A DNA stretch of 64,000 nt from Felis catus (GCF_018350175.1 NC_058368.1:203920001-203984000), one strand, 5' to 3'. Positions 49,937 to 63,624 are shown, counted from the first letter of the stretch. Notes: generated by a model not told the origin, from the sequence alone. Translations and numbers: made by a program.

Positions 49937-50832
49937 GTCTAATTTAACTCACATACCAGAGCCCCATAAATCTATCCTACCCCATGGCGCCATGTGCCCT
50001 CCAGAGATTGCTTACACGTGCACTGTGGTAGCTGCTGCAGGGCACAGGCTGCGGTCCGGCCACACGGCCAGACTCACCACGAAATGCAAGGTGTTCCCTG
50101 TATCTGCTCAGGCCAAGTGGGAAGTATCCTTGACTGTGACTTCTGTTACCTGTTTGCTCTGCTTATCTTTCTATCGGTATTTCTATTATCTCAATACGAA
50201 ATCATTAGCTGAGAGATTAAGCAAAAGGCAGAATAAGATCCATCAGAAAACCAATTCATGCCATTGCTATATCTATAAATTACCACTCCTAAAAAGTCAG
50301 TCTTTTTTTTTTATCTTTCTACAAAGGAAAAAGAACAGAATCAATGAGAGAAGCTATAAAAGAATGAGGTAAACTCAAAAAAAAAAAAAAAAGATGTAAA
50401 AACATTTGTGTGCTTTCTTATTATTGGTTAATCTTTATATGTAAATGTCAAAAGTTTTGGAAGCAAAATAATCACAGAATGGAGAAAAAATGAGCAGTCT
50501 TAATGAAAAAATCAAATAAATCTTATATGCCTCATTATTGCTTTTTATTGACTCCATGCCATGTTGCTCATATTATATGATTTAATGTAAAGAGAAAGCA
50601 TTGTCTGCCCCAACACAGCTTTCTCCACTATCACCAACTGGCGTAGAACCCAACATTTCACAACAAGAAATTAATTTATTTTGTTTAAAATGACTGCATT
50701 TTCAAGAGATCCCTATTAAAATTATTCCACTTGCATATCACTTTATTTGCATAAAGTAATTGTATTTAATCTTCATTTAATCGTAATTTAGTCCCTTTAA
50801 ACCAGCGAAGCAACTACCACTGACCTCATTTT

Positions 50833-50836
50833 AAAA

Positions 50837-50875
<39 letters not shown>

Positions 50876-50877
50876 AT
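50833..50877. repeat. (AAAT)n microsatellite
   Basis: Seen directly. Confidence 0.95.
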
Positions 50878-52029
50878 GTAAAGTCATCTATTTCGTGAAG
50901 GCTGAATGAGAATTCAAACTCCCAGAATTCAAATTCTAATACCGAGTTCCGTGTTCTCCCTGCACTTCACACTGTCCACTCTGAACTACAGTCATGCAGG
51001 ATAGAGTTTTGCAATAGGGTCCTCCCTGCCGCATGCCACGATCAGGATTTTCTTGCAGAGCACAGATCATTGCAACTGTAATCACATAACAGGGTCCACA
51101 TATTTATTTCCAGATGCCCCCTGCTGAAGAATCCCTTATCCTTCTGTTTCCACACAAATGTTATCTTCTTATTTGGCAGAAAACACGATGATAACAATGA
51201 CAGAGACTTACAGGGCTTAACCGACACTTAATGAATTCTCCTTTTATAGGATTCCAGCCAAGTATTCAACAAACCATGCAGCTCTCAATATAAATGGTAT
51301 TTCCTCCATTCTGAAATAAGCTCACCCCTAACGGGTAAGGCTGACCCTTTGTCCCCTTAAATAAATGGAAAGTGCCTAATATTCCAAAGGTAAGAAAGTC
51401 AAGGCTGGCAAGGTCCTTATGTAGCATAAATTGATACCATTTCTTAATTACAGAATTCAGACATATTTTATATAGGCAAATCAAAACTGACAGTATTTCT
51501 CCTTTGTACTTTGTTGAGGTATTTTTACATCTCGAGGTCATTTTAAAATATGAGAAACAATCATTAAAACAATAGATATTTGTTACCATCTGTATATAGA
51601 AGATAATAGCACCAAAGATTCGATTCAACATGGTAGAGGCAATGAGGAAGCACACATAATTCTACCTTGGGGAAGTAGCTCTTAAATTTAATCTTTAAAA
51701 AAAAACGAGAGGAGTCTTTCAGGCAATAAAGAGGAAAAGTCATTTTACAGAGGACACATAACACATACAGAAGCACAGGGGCACAATTAAGGAACATATA
51801 ATGGTTGTTTATAGCTGGAACCCAAGCAACCACTAGGGGAAAATGCCCAGAACAAGACTGGGAAGATGAGTATTTGACCCTTAACTGCTAGCTGCCTGGA
51901 CAAGTCAGGCCCGCTTCAAGGTGTGCAAACTCTTCTCAGTCCTTTTCTTAAACTGCAACAACCACCTACAAGCGATGAACCCAGAACCTGACAAGCTAAT
52001 GCTGGGATCTGATTGACCAATGTGCGCTC

Positions 52030-52220
52030 GATGCATCACCAGGCACACTCCTCCTCTCTACCTGCTTGTGAGGTAAGTACTATTAGTCCCATTTCATCAG
52101 TGAGTAAACTGAGAGCAAAAGAGGATAAGTAACTACCCAAATTTATACCACTAGTGACAGAACCAAGCACACAAACAACAACTCAGCCTAACCCCCAACT
52201 CCAGTGAAATTACCACACAC
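52030..52220 (-). mobile_element. MIR
   Basis: gtgaggtaagtactattagtcccatttc..agtgagtaaactgag core. Confidence 0.8.
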
Positions 52221-52632
52221 CGCATGGAAATAATAACTTACAAAAACCGTACCTACCAACATTTGTTCTGTTCTATTTATCTTACAAAATAATTTCAAAT
52301 TCGTTATCTGGATCAATCTCCCTGAAAACCCTATAAGAAAACTGAAGGCTCAGAGGGTTATCCCAAGTTTAACTGGTTAACTGGTGAGTCAGGGGCTGAA
52401 GACATTCCAGAATGCTGGTCTTTTGTTCAAACCATTATTCTTTTAGGAAAATCTATAGATTAACGTTTATGAAGGAACTGAAGTCCTTGAGGGTAAACTA
52501 GGAACGAAGTTACTGAACAGTAAGAAACTGTAAATTAATGAAGGAAATTGCTGATCTGGATTTTGCTTTGCACTTCACTAAATCTACTCTGAGGGTCACC
52601 ACATATCTTTGCTGCATAGACACCAGAGTGGC

Positions 52633-52803
52633 GGGAGCCTGGGTGGCTCAGTCGGTTAAGCAGCGGACTTTAGCGCAAGTCAGGATTTCACGGTTTGTGA
52701 GTTGGAGCCCCGAGCGGGCTCTGTGCTGACCGCTCAAAGCCTGGAGCCTGCTTCCGATTCTGTCTCCTTCTCTCTCTGGTCCTCCCCTGCTCACGCTCGC
52801 GCT

Positions 52804-52845
<42 letters not shown>

Positions 52846-52865
52846 AATAAAAAAATTTTAAAAAT
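52633..52865 (+). mobile_element. Can-SINE, diverged but CpG-rich
   Basis: Head gcctgggtggctcagtcggttaag, CT tract and tail. Confidence 0.92.
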
Positions 52866-52889
52866 TTAAACTTTTTTAAAAAAGAAGTT

Positions 52890-53962
52890 ACTGGAATGGG
52901 AGCGCTTCAAACCCCTTCTGGCCTGGTGCTGGCTGATGCGGGTTGATTTTCGCTCAAATAAACTTTTAACGTTTTTAATACGCCTCAGTTTATCTTTTAA
53001 CAGTTCTGGTGTCAGAAGGAACGGAAGGAACCCCCGTGAGCCCCCAGGAGCACCGAGCAACCAAACGTAGGTACCTGTGGAGCCCCTTGAACTCGCCGCG
53101 TTCTCACTGCCTCCGGAGGTGGGGGGTAAGCACCTCTTGGATCCTGCCTGGACTCTGGTTCTACAGCTTTTGCATGAAGGGCCTTCAGACTGCAGAACGG
53201 TTTCTTTCTCCCACTAGTCTGGAACCAGCCTGAACCAGCTGGGTCTGACTTAAAAACCGAACTGGGTTCAGACTCGGACTAAGTCCCCGGATCGGACCGG
53301 GTCTGACCTAAAAACCGGACTGGGTTTTCCTTAAGCGGAACTGGGTCCAGTGTGAGGCCCCCAGGTGAATAAAATTTTGTTTTAAGGCAGAACAAGTAGG
53401 TTAACCTTACCAAAGATAATCTTGAATTACAGTGGTCGTTGTGGAGAACTTGGAACCATCTTAAATAAGTATATCCCTTTTCAAGGTGCCCCAGAGAAAA
53501 AGAGCCCCACACTCACTATAAAGGCTGGCGGGAAAATTATTTTTTCTCCTCTACAGCTTCTGGTGACCAGGATGAGACCTGCTGGGACTGTCCTCTCACT
53601 CTAGAGAGCGCAGACGGCATTGTAGGAAAATTGGCAGAAGCCAGCTAAGAGTGAGTAAGAATTTCTGACCAGAATCCGCTCTCGAAGCTCTCTCTCTACG
53701 GTGCCTGGTCGAGAGAGGAAGGTAAAATTTCACACTGTCCCTTCTTTTCCAAATTCAGATTGGCAGGAAAAAAAAACATTAGTTATCAAACCTTTCTGCC
53801 CCAGGGACAGCTGTTGTCTTCCTGTTTATCTCATTTGTGTCCTAAGAACTTGACTCAGCAATCATCAGTTTGGGGGCTCCAAAAATATGGCCAGACAGAA
53901 ATGTGGGTTGCACCCCATTTGCAGCTAGATGTGGTATTACCAAAATGAATTTGTAAAGAGCC
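52890..53962 (+). mobile_element. Second ERV1 copy: R/U5 of the LTR, PBS and leader, internally deleted
   Basis: ctcaaataaac...ttaaca|gttctggtgtcagaag (Leu PBS); colinear with 24095-25140, then jumps to 26278-26310. Confidence 0.85.
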
Positions 53963-53969
53963 CTGAAGA

Positions 53970-54720
53970 GTTTAACCACGTTGACTCTCTCCTTTTTTAC
54001 ACATCTTTTAACACTGGCTCCGGTAACATTGTTCCGAATTTTCTCTAACCCTTTCCATTGCTCCTTCAGCCCTTGAAGATTGATTCTTCTTTAAACTACT
54101 CATCAGTGTTGACCCCCAGATAGAATCCTTGCTTCTCTTCTCTTCCCTTCCTACTTTATTTACCCTCCGTGGGTAACCTCCTCTATAATCAAGACTTCAA
54201 CTGCTATTAATTTTATGAACTTTTAAATCCATCAGTCAAGACTTCTTATCTGGATATTCTGATGCGTATTTGCAAGTACCTTCTCAGCTGCCCCACAATT
54301 GTCTGTATCACGCTCATGTTCAGAACTGACCCCATCATCTGGTCACCAGGCTTATTTTTGTGTACACCTGTGTTGATGAATACCAGTTGCCTATGCCAGA
54401 AATTTCGAAATGCTCAACCACTATTTCACTTACCCTCAACCCCATTTCCAATTACTCCCCAAGTCCTACACATATTTCCTCCTAAATATTCCTGGAATTT
54501 GTCCCATTCTCTCCACTTCTACTGGTACTACCTCATCGTTTGGTTTAGTCTATTTAATGATCTCCAACTTAAATCCCTGAAGACAGTCTTACCCTTTCCA
54601 ATATACCTCCTACTCAAATTGTCTTCAAACTGTGGTCCCCAGTCTGGTGACAGTTCTGTAAATTGTTTCTTGTCCACAAGGAGATAAGGAGCTTGCACCA
54701 GAATGTCCCTAAAGCACACT
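53970..54720 (+). mobile_element. L2 fragment
   Basis: Degenerate pyrimidine-rich L2 ORF2/3' sequence. Confidence 0.55.
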
Positions 54721-54764
54721 GCTCAGTTCAGCGGACGTTTTGTTTTGTTCTGTTTTGGAACTCT

Positions 54765-54975
54765 TTTTTGCTTAATGTTTATTTATTTTTTGAGAGAGCG
54801 AGAGGCAGAGCATGAGCAGGGGAGAGGCAGAGAGAGAGGGAGACACAGAATCTGAAGCAGGCTCCAGGCTCCGAGCTGTCAGCACAGAGCCCGATGCTGG
54901 GCTCGAACTCACCAGCCATGAGATCATGACCTGAGCCAAAGTCAGACACTTAACCGACCGAGCCACCCAGGGGCC
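54765..54975 (-). mobile_element. Can-SINE
   Basis: Antisense head, body and tail. Confidence 0.95.
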
Positions 54976-57900
54976 CTGATATTCATTCTTTATCAATGAA
55001 AGAACCAAGGCATTGATCATGCATCCCCGGGTCAAGCTATGTGGTTCCCACCCCTCTGTGGTTTGCCTTGTCCCTCTTCCCCCGGGCTGAGTCAGGAAAG
55101 CCTGTTGTACTCTGTGCTTACAGCAATAGGAGCACCCATCATACTACTTTAAAATTTTTTACTCATCTATTTCCTGCCACGTCCCATAAATTTTAGCTGA
55201 GCAAATGATTGAACAAATGGATAAGTTATTTATACAGGAAAAATCCTACAGAATCAGATATGGTCTATTTCTAGCCCACGGGCTTTTTATTGAATTAAAA
55301 TATGTTAAGTATGTGCATATTTTAAAACAAATAGTTTATTGGCTTATTTCAAGATGACTTTAGTCAGATGACACACAATATACCTGATACAGAAAATGTT
55401 TCTATAAGTTTACACAGGAAGAAATTCTGACCCACTACTACTATTTTTGGCAGCGATTTGTGTAGACAATTTGCTGTCCAAATCAGATTTGGCACCCGAG
55501 ATCCATTTCTACATCTACTTGGCCCAAAGCTTACTGTACATATCACTTGCAACCTAGTTTTTCAAAACATTGTGATGTTTTTGAAATTGTATGAGCATGC
55601 ATTTTAGTCCCATGATAGGTAAATATGTGTGTGTGCTATATTCTTGAAGGCACAAGAAATGTGATTTATGTAAACACACACACATGCCCACAAAACAAAA
55701 CAAATACATCCAATCACCCTGTGCATTGAGAAATTTGATTATTTTCAAAGAAACAGCTTGGAGATCTACTTCCCTGCGCTGTTTACAGCCGCAGCTGCTT
55801 GCAACTGGCCACCGTCTTCGCTTCGATTATTTGCGCCTTTGACTTGTAATTACCCATGTTGCATAGATAAAACATGAAAATTAAACAGCATTTGTTCCAT
55901 CCTTTCCCTACAACACCTCCACTTTTGACTCTGCATGAATTCTCAAAAGTGGCAATTCAGCTTGACCTGTTCACCAACCTTTAGGCCTACTCAGTGGAGA
56001 ATGTGTATCTGAGACAACACAGGTTGACACGGGGAAGCTGCATTGTCTTGGAATTCCCTCGCAAATGAGATCTTCACAAATAGTCTTGTGATTTGTGTGG
56101 AAGGCAGCAGATGTCCTGATTGTCAAATGCCTTTCTGTACTATTGTTAAGTGCAGGAATATCTTATTTAATATTTCTGGTTTAGGAGAATTTGCTATTTT
56201 TTCACTCTCTGAGGCACTACTTATCTCCAAAACCAAGTAAACAAGAGCTAACAATTTTATGACTTGAATTATAAATCACATTTCTTTCATATTTTAAGAG
56301 TTCAGAAACTGGGATGTGTCTGAAAATCAATGTGTAGATAAATGTGGCAATTTCTTCTTTCGCCCGTTAAGGAGTTGTTACAGTGGCGATGTGTCTAATA
56401 ACTGACGATGTCTTAAACCTGATGAAAAGCCATATTAAGTTCATAAAGTACCTTTTGAAAAACAAGTACGCTGATGTCAAGTAACCTGTTTTTTAATGTT
56501 CTTCACAAAAACATCCAAGTTACTGTGCAACGAATCCATGTTCATTTCCACTGATGCAATACATGAAATTTGGATTCATTACAGTGAGTCTTTAAGGAGA
56601 AAGAGTAAGTCTTCCTAGTTTTGTACGCATACACCCTAGTACATACTAGCATATGGTAGGCTCTAAAACGATCTCTGCTGAATGAAGGAGTGAGGATAAT
56701 TTTTGTGCATTGAAAAAGCACAGTGGGTATCTAAGCTTCTCGGCCCCATCTCTAAGCAAGGATTCAACAGAATTACAAAGACTTTCAGAATCTCAAAGAA
56801 TATTCCTTCCAATTGTTATGAAATTCCCCACCTGGCATTTGGTCTTGGAATCCTTACTAGGACCAGAGATCAGGAGGAAAAAGAAAGAAATTAGGAGGCT
56901 TCCCTTTTCTAAGCCCCAGATTTTTGTTACACAGATACAGAAACGAAAGAAAGTGCAGTTTTGGTTTTATTTTTAAATTTTTCTCTTCCCATATCCTTCA
57001 GCTTAAAAGGAAATGAGAAATGGTCACATCTAACCAATAACCTTAAGGAAACTGAATCCCATAACTAACATGATTTGTCTAAATTCATGCAGGTTCTAAG
57101 TAGCAGACCTGGATTCAAACCCACGCCTGTTGACTCCAGGGCCAATATTTTCTCCATGGCATCAGTTCTGCCAAACGGAAGAACCACCTCCTTAGGCAAG
57201 GGGTTGCAAATTCCTCCAGCTCAGTAACAAGGCAGTCTCAGTGTGACGCTCTACATGGGATCTCCCCAAAGCTCAAATAAATCTCGGTCTTTATCTTACC
57301 CTAGGTAGAATAATTACTTGTACCGCCAAAGCTAAGGGGGCAGGTCACGCTGTATTTGCTGTCAGCTCAATTTTAAAACTTCTCCTTTTTTTAGCAATGT
57401 ACCCACACCTTCCATGCATGGATTTTCCTTGCCATTTTCCTAGGGCTAGTTGCAGCCCCGTCTGAGATTTTATATGTTAGAATCTTGAAAAAAGTTTTGC
57501 TTTATGTTAGCTTCTTGTGATACAATATTTACTTTTGCCAATGTAACTTTTATTATCATTTTACACTATTTTTAGCTTCATTCTGTAATTGTTCCTGGCC
57601 ATCATCTGAATTGTCTAGTTTATTAGTCACACACTTTTCATTTCCCTGTATTATGTGTTTAGTCACTCTAAAATTTGCAAAACCAAACCAATGAATATTT
57701 TGGGGGACCATTTCTTTTAACCTTCAATTTTGTCCTCCTGAGCTTCTGCCCTGACTTTGTATCTGAGTATCGCCTTTCTTTTTAGCATTTTCTCTGCTTT
57801 AATTTGGCAATCATCATCCTAAATTTTACTTTTCTGGGTCTCACTTGATTCTCAATTACAATCTAACTGAATTACGATGGCTATCACTCGGTTAAGCAGT

Positions 57901-58965
57901 CCCTTATGTCTACATCGCCAATCATTTCCTCTGTGTTACTCAAAAGACAGACATAAATCATTTCCTTTCTTGTTTGTTCCTTTAAAGTCCATATTGGGTA
58001 ACCAACCAGTTCCCTACCGTGTACACAAATGTGGAGTTAAACTGATTTCTTTTAACATCCTGTGGGCCAGTTACGTCCAAATGGGAGAACATGTCCATAA
58101 CCCCTTATTTATTCTTTTCATATACCCTTTCCTTGTTTTTCCGTTTCCTCAGACAGCATTAGCCACATTCCCTCATATCAGTTTACCCTATGACTAAATT
58201 TAATTTTGAGTTGCTTAACAATGATACTACAGTTCTTTAAAGGTCTTCTCACTTTCTCAATTACTCCCAAACTTCATTTAGTTAGAAATTTGTACCTCCA
58301 AATTGGGTGAAATAGTCACATCTTGTTATATACGAGCAGCAGGAACATGTACACACAGTAAAGTGTAGATGATTCTGAAAAACTGTAGGCTTTCATCAAG
58401 TTGTGTACACAAATGGAATTTCTAAAACGGCTGAAATGCCCGAAAACAGTTTCTTCTCATAAGTTGCCTGTAGATGGGAATTAGGAGTCCTGAGCTGTTG
58501 TCCTGTCTCCATCATTAATTATTGCATGACTTTGAGACAGTTTCTTAAATTCCATGTCTTTTTCTGGAAATATGACTCTCCTTGTGATGCAATAGGGCTA
58601 ATAATTTACTCAGCAACCATTCTCTCAAAGACTGTTCAAAGTCAACTTAAGCCAGTCTTAAATCACATCACCACAAATTCTGAATAAGTTAGATCTGAAT
58701 TAATGAGTTTCAACTATATTTTTTAACTTTGAGAACTGGTGGCACAGGACTCATTTATTTAAACCAATTAAGAAGATCATTACTTTAAAAAAAATGGAAA
58801 AAAAGATTATGCACATCTCCAACAGCCAAATGAGTAGGAGGGAGAAGGAATGTGGATGATTCCAAGCAGTAGGCAATCCAAAAACTTATCTTCTATAGAT
58901 TGAAGCACAAGACCCAAAAACAGAATGAGTAGGGAAATAAAACTAATAGAGAAAATCCTTTGCTT

Positions 58966-59032
58966 CCAGGTTTATTGAGGTATAATTGAGAAATAAAATT
59001 GTATATATTTTAAGGTGTGCAATGTGCTGGTT

Positions 59033-59094
<62 letters not shown>

Positions 59095-59420
59095 TGTGAA
59101 GTGATTCCCAAAATCGAGTTAATATACCCATCACATCACAGAGTTATTTTTTCTTTTTTTTTCCTTCTTTTTTTCTTTTTGGTGATAACACTTGAGATCC
59201 ACTCTCTTGGCAGATTTCAAGTATACAAAACAATGTTATTGACTATAGCACCATGGTGTATATTAGATCCTCAGAACTTATTCATCTTATAAGCTGAAAG
59301 TTTATACCCTTTGACCAACATCTCATTTCCCCCACACCTCAGGCCCTGGTAACCAGCATTATGTTCTCTGTTTCTGTGAGTTCAACTTTTTTTAGATCCA
59401 TATGTGAGTGAAATCATACA
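58966..59420 (-). mobile_element. L1 3' UTR fragment (L1MA9-like) with (AT)n at 59035-59092
   Basis: ccaggtttattgaggtataattga terminus; gaaagtttataccctttgaccaacatctc. Confidence 0.9.
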
Positions 59421-60957
59421 GTGTTGATTGTTGTGCCCCCACCACATCCGTACACATATACATAAGTGCATCACAAAAATCCTGTTACACAGTTCTGAAA
59501 TAGAGTGAATTCTTCTGAAGAAACCACGTAATTGAAGCTGTATGGATAGTAGGCTAATTTTGTGGTTAATATTTTGTTATACTTAGAGGAGACTTACACA
59601 TTCTTAGTATACACAGGACAAGATCCCACTAAAGACAGATGATTTCATTCTATGGATCATTAGAATCTCACCAATACCTGACCCTGGAATTAGTACATCA
59701 CTACAAACAGGAAATGGAACCATGAGAAAGCTTAGAACTGCCTTTTGATCTCATCCACAAGAGTACAAGATGGCAAACAGGTTATTCTTATGTGATAGTA
59801 CCTTTGGAGGAGCTGAAAAGTTGTTACTTTAAGAACTAAGTTATGGAAAAAGATAGGGTCTATGAGCCTTGGGGATGAGTTAAGTATAGTAGACTCAAAA
59901 AGTTGAACTGTATAAGTTTGACTATTTTAATTTTTCTTTTTTTCTCCCCCTCCCCCGCCCCTAAAATCTCATAAAACTTCTAATCAGCCTCATCTGGGCA
60001 GCAGGGGAAGCCAAAAGAAAGGTTCTAGTCTAGACTTGAGTTGGGGTGGGGGGGAGCTTTAAGGGGGGGAGCAGCAAATGAAGAGGATCAACAGAGGTTG
60101 GCACCAGGGTTCAGGGTAAGAGAAACTTGAAGAGATGGTGAACTTGGGCTAGGAGGAAGGGAAAGAATGCACTACTTGCTTTCATAAGGTTTTGAGAACA
60201 AGATAATCCTTCTACTTTCTTCTGAAACTTATCTTTAATTTTGGATAAATGCCATGGAAAAAATCACTATTAGAAAAAAATAATTTTAATTTAAAAAATC
60301 AGGAGCTTCCAAATAATTTAAGCAAATTTTTTTAAATACCTGATTTTGGATGGATATGAAACTTGAGATTCTAATTTGCTATTAACATTTTAAATTATAT
60401 ACATGAAATGTCAGACCACTCAAGTGGTGATTATGCAGAAAGCTCCTTAATACATTAATACTGATTAAAACAACCTATACAACAGATACTGAGTGTCCTA
60501 AAAAAAATATTTGGACATAGCCATAAAAACAATAAAACAGTTTTTTGATATGGGACTTTATTACTTGTAGTCTCCTACATATCAATGAACTGCTAGTTTA
60601 ATATTTATAAATAGATAAGAGGTGAATGGAGAGTGAGTGGACAGATGGATAGGCCAATTGAGAAATAACCTCTCAAGGAGAATATCTTTTTTTATTGTGG
60701 TAAATGTGTGTGTATATATATGTATATATGTATATATATGTGTGTGTATATATATATATACATATATATATATGATGAGATCTACCTTAACAAATTCTTA
60801 CGTGTGCCTTACAAAATTTTTAAATATAAACATAAAACAGGAGATCTTCAAAGAGAGTTATCTTTAACATAGATTGAACTCTTGTACGACCAAGTGTATA
60901 CATTTAATAAGAAAATCTCTGAAAGTAAAAATATTCAATTTTTTGAATAAACTACCA

Positions 60958-61385
60958 ATATATAGTATACTAATATATATACTAATATACATATATACTA
61001 TATATATACTATATACTATATATATATAGTATATATATATATATACACTATATATGTATATATAGTATATATATAGTATATATATATATAGTATATATAT
61101 ACTATATATAGTATATATATATAGTATATATATAATATATATATATACTATATATATATACTATATATATATACTATATATATATATAGTATATATAGTA
61201 TATATAGTATATATATATAGTATATATAGTGTATATATATATATATATAGTATATATATAGTATATAGTATATACTATATATAGTATATATATATATATA
61301 GTATATACTATATATATATATATATACTATATATATAGTATATAGTATATATATAATCTCCACTAGAGAATATATATATATAAAA
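60958..61385. repeat. Complex (TA)n tract with TAG/CTA interruptions
   Basis: Seen directly, about 425 bp. Confidence 0.97.
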
Positions 61386-61515
61386 TAAAAAGCTGTATGG
61401 ATAGTAGGCTAATTTTATAGGTAAGATTTTGTTATATTATATTTTTATATGTATGTATAGTATGAATATATATATTCTTTTTCCTTGAAGCAAAAAAAAA
61501 CATTATTAAAGACCT

Positions 61516-61720
61516 GGGGTGCCTGGGTGGCTCAGTCGGTTAAGTGTTCGACTTTGGCTTAGGTCATGATCTCATGGTTCATGGATTCGAGTCCCCTATC
61601 GGGCTTTGTACTGACAGTTCAGAGCCTGAAGCCCGCTTCAGTTTCTGTGTCTCCCTCTCTCTTTGTCCCTTCCCCCGCTCATGCTCTCTCAAAATAAAAT
61701 AAACACTTAAAAAAAATTTA
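61516..61720 (+). mobile_element. Can-SINE
   Basis: Head and tail; TSD taaagacct. Confidence 0.95.
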
Positions 61721-63295
61721 TAAAGACCTATCTGATACAGTTTAAAGACTGCACTATTATCTAAAACAATTCATTTTGAGTTCCAATGCAAGTGGGTTGA
61801 GAACATTTTGAAGAATTTTTCTTTTCAATAGGGGTAACAGTTCATTACTAACAATTCCAAATTCATTGATTCCAAAAAGTTTCATCTTTTAATACACTTC
61901 CTACAAATCTTTTTTTAATCGCTGAAAGAGTTATATTTTTGCTCTGAGAATGAATACACCTTTATTAGAAAACAAATGGTAAATGAACTATTTTACAGAT
62001 TTAATATCAGTATTTCTTGCTATTCCTTCAGATTTTTTCACTTTGAAAACATGTGCTATTTTGAAACATTTGTTTTCTCTGATCTCACTCTGCTTTTTAG
62101 CTACATTTAGTTCATATTGTGGCATAAAAGTTGGTTTTAATTCTCATTAGCCTTTAAGGCATCAGGTCCTAACTCCATTTTCCATGTCTCCTCTTAAGAC
62201 ATCTTAAAGTTAGAAAGTTCAAAGCTAATTTTGCCATCACCAAAACGCCAAATACTATGGATTTGTGTTTTCAGTTAGCTGCACATTAGAACATAAACTC
62301 TTCTGGGACTAAGTTTCAATCTCAGAGAGAATCTATAATATTGATAAGCTGCTTTACCCATTCAATCCCTGATGGCCATTTAATGCACTCAAGAGTCATA
62401 TATTAAGAGATTCGATATCAAATCAAATTGCCCAAAGTCCCTAAATGAATTTCAGACCTTGACCACTTCAGACTAATTAAATGGAAAAAACGGAGCTAGC
62501 AATCTCAGTAATTGAGCTTGCTAGACAGTCTTAAATAGATATAAAATGATGTCATTGTAACTCCAACCATCAGTCCATAAACTCTAGGGATTTCAAAACA
62601 ATTTAAAGCATCCTATCTTGAATCTGGTTTTGTAATAAGAAAACTGTATTTTTGATTCACTGTTCACCTTACCCTATAAATCATGCCGATTTTGGTTTTT
62701 AGGGAATACTACCTACCTAGTTGATTACCAATACAGCATTCAATTTGCAATAGAACTTGGCCTTTCTGCCCATACTTCTTTTGAAGAAACAATTACACAT
62801 TTGGGAATAAGAAACTGGTCCTTTATATTCACCTAAACTTCTCAAAGAGTTTCTGGCAGATAGCCAGTAAGAATTAAGTAGTAAACCGTAATTTCTATCT
62901 GCATATTTAGATGATTCTTATCTTCTCTCTTGAATGAAATTATTAAAAAGCATAAAGCATAAGGAAAATTAAAGCCAAGTCCCAAAGGCCAAATAGAAGA
63001 ATTATTTTCTTCAGTATATCTAGATATATAATTTGTTTATTCATGTATTCATTTATCAAATACTTACTGAGCACTAATGCACAAGGTACTCTTCTAGGTA
63101 CTGACAATAAAAGGTAAATAAGGCAATAATGTAATCACTTCTCTCAATTGAGGTTAAATTCTAGTAGAGAAGAACAAAATTAAACAAATAAATGAACAAG
63201 AGAACTCCAGATAAAATCATTCTGTTTACAATATCATTCAAATAAACATATGTACATAAACATAGATGTACATGTGAACATATATAAAATATAAA

Positions 63296-63577
63296 CGTGT
63301 TGGTGAGGACGCGGAGAAAGGGAAACCCTTTTGCACTGCTGGTGGGAATGCAAACTGGTGTGGCCTCTATGGAAAATGTATGGAGGGTGGTCAAAAAATT
63401 AAAAATAGGACTACCCTTCTACCCAGGAATTGCACTACTGCTTATTTATCCAAAAGATACAAAAATGCTGATTCAAAGGGGCACATGCACTCCAATGTTT
63501 ATAGCAGCACTATCAACAATAGCCAAATTATGGAAAGAGCCCAAATGTCCATCAACTGATGAACGGATACAGATGTG

Positions 63578-63624
<47 letters not shown>

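Noticed and set aside
49629..50372. 247-aa ORF, the longest in the window
   Set aside because: N-terminal part is polypurine repeat and the remainder resembles no protein I recognise
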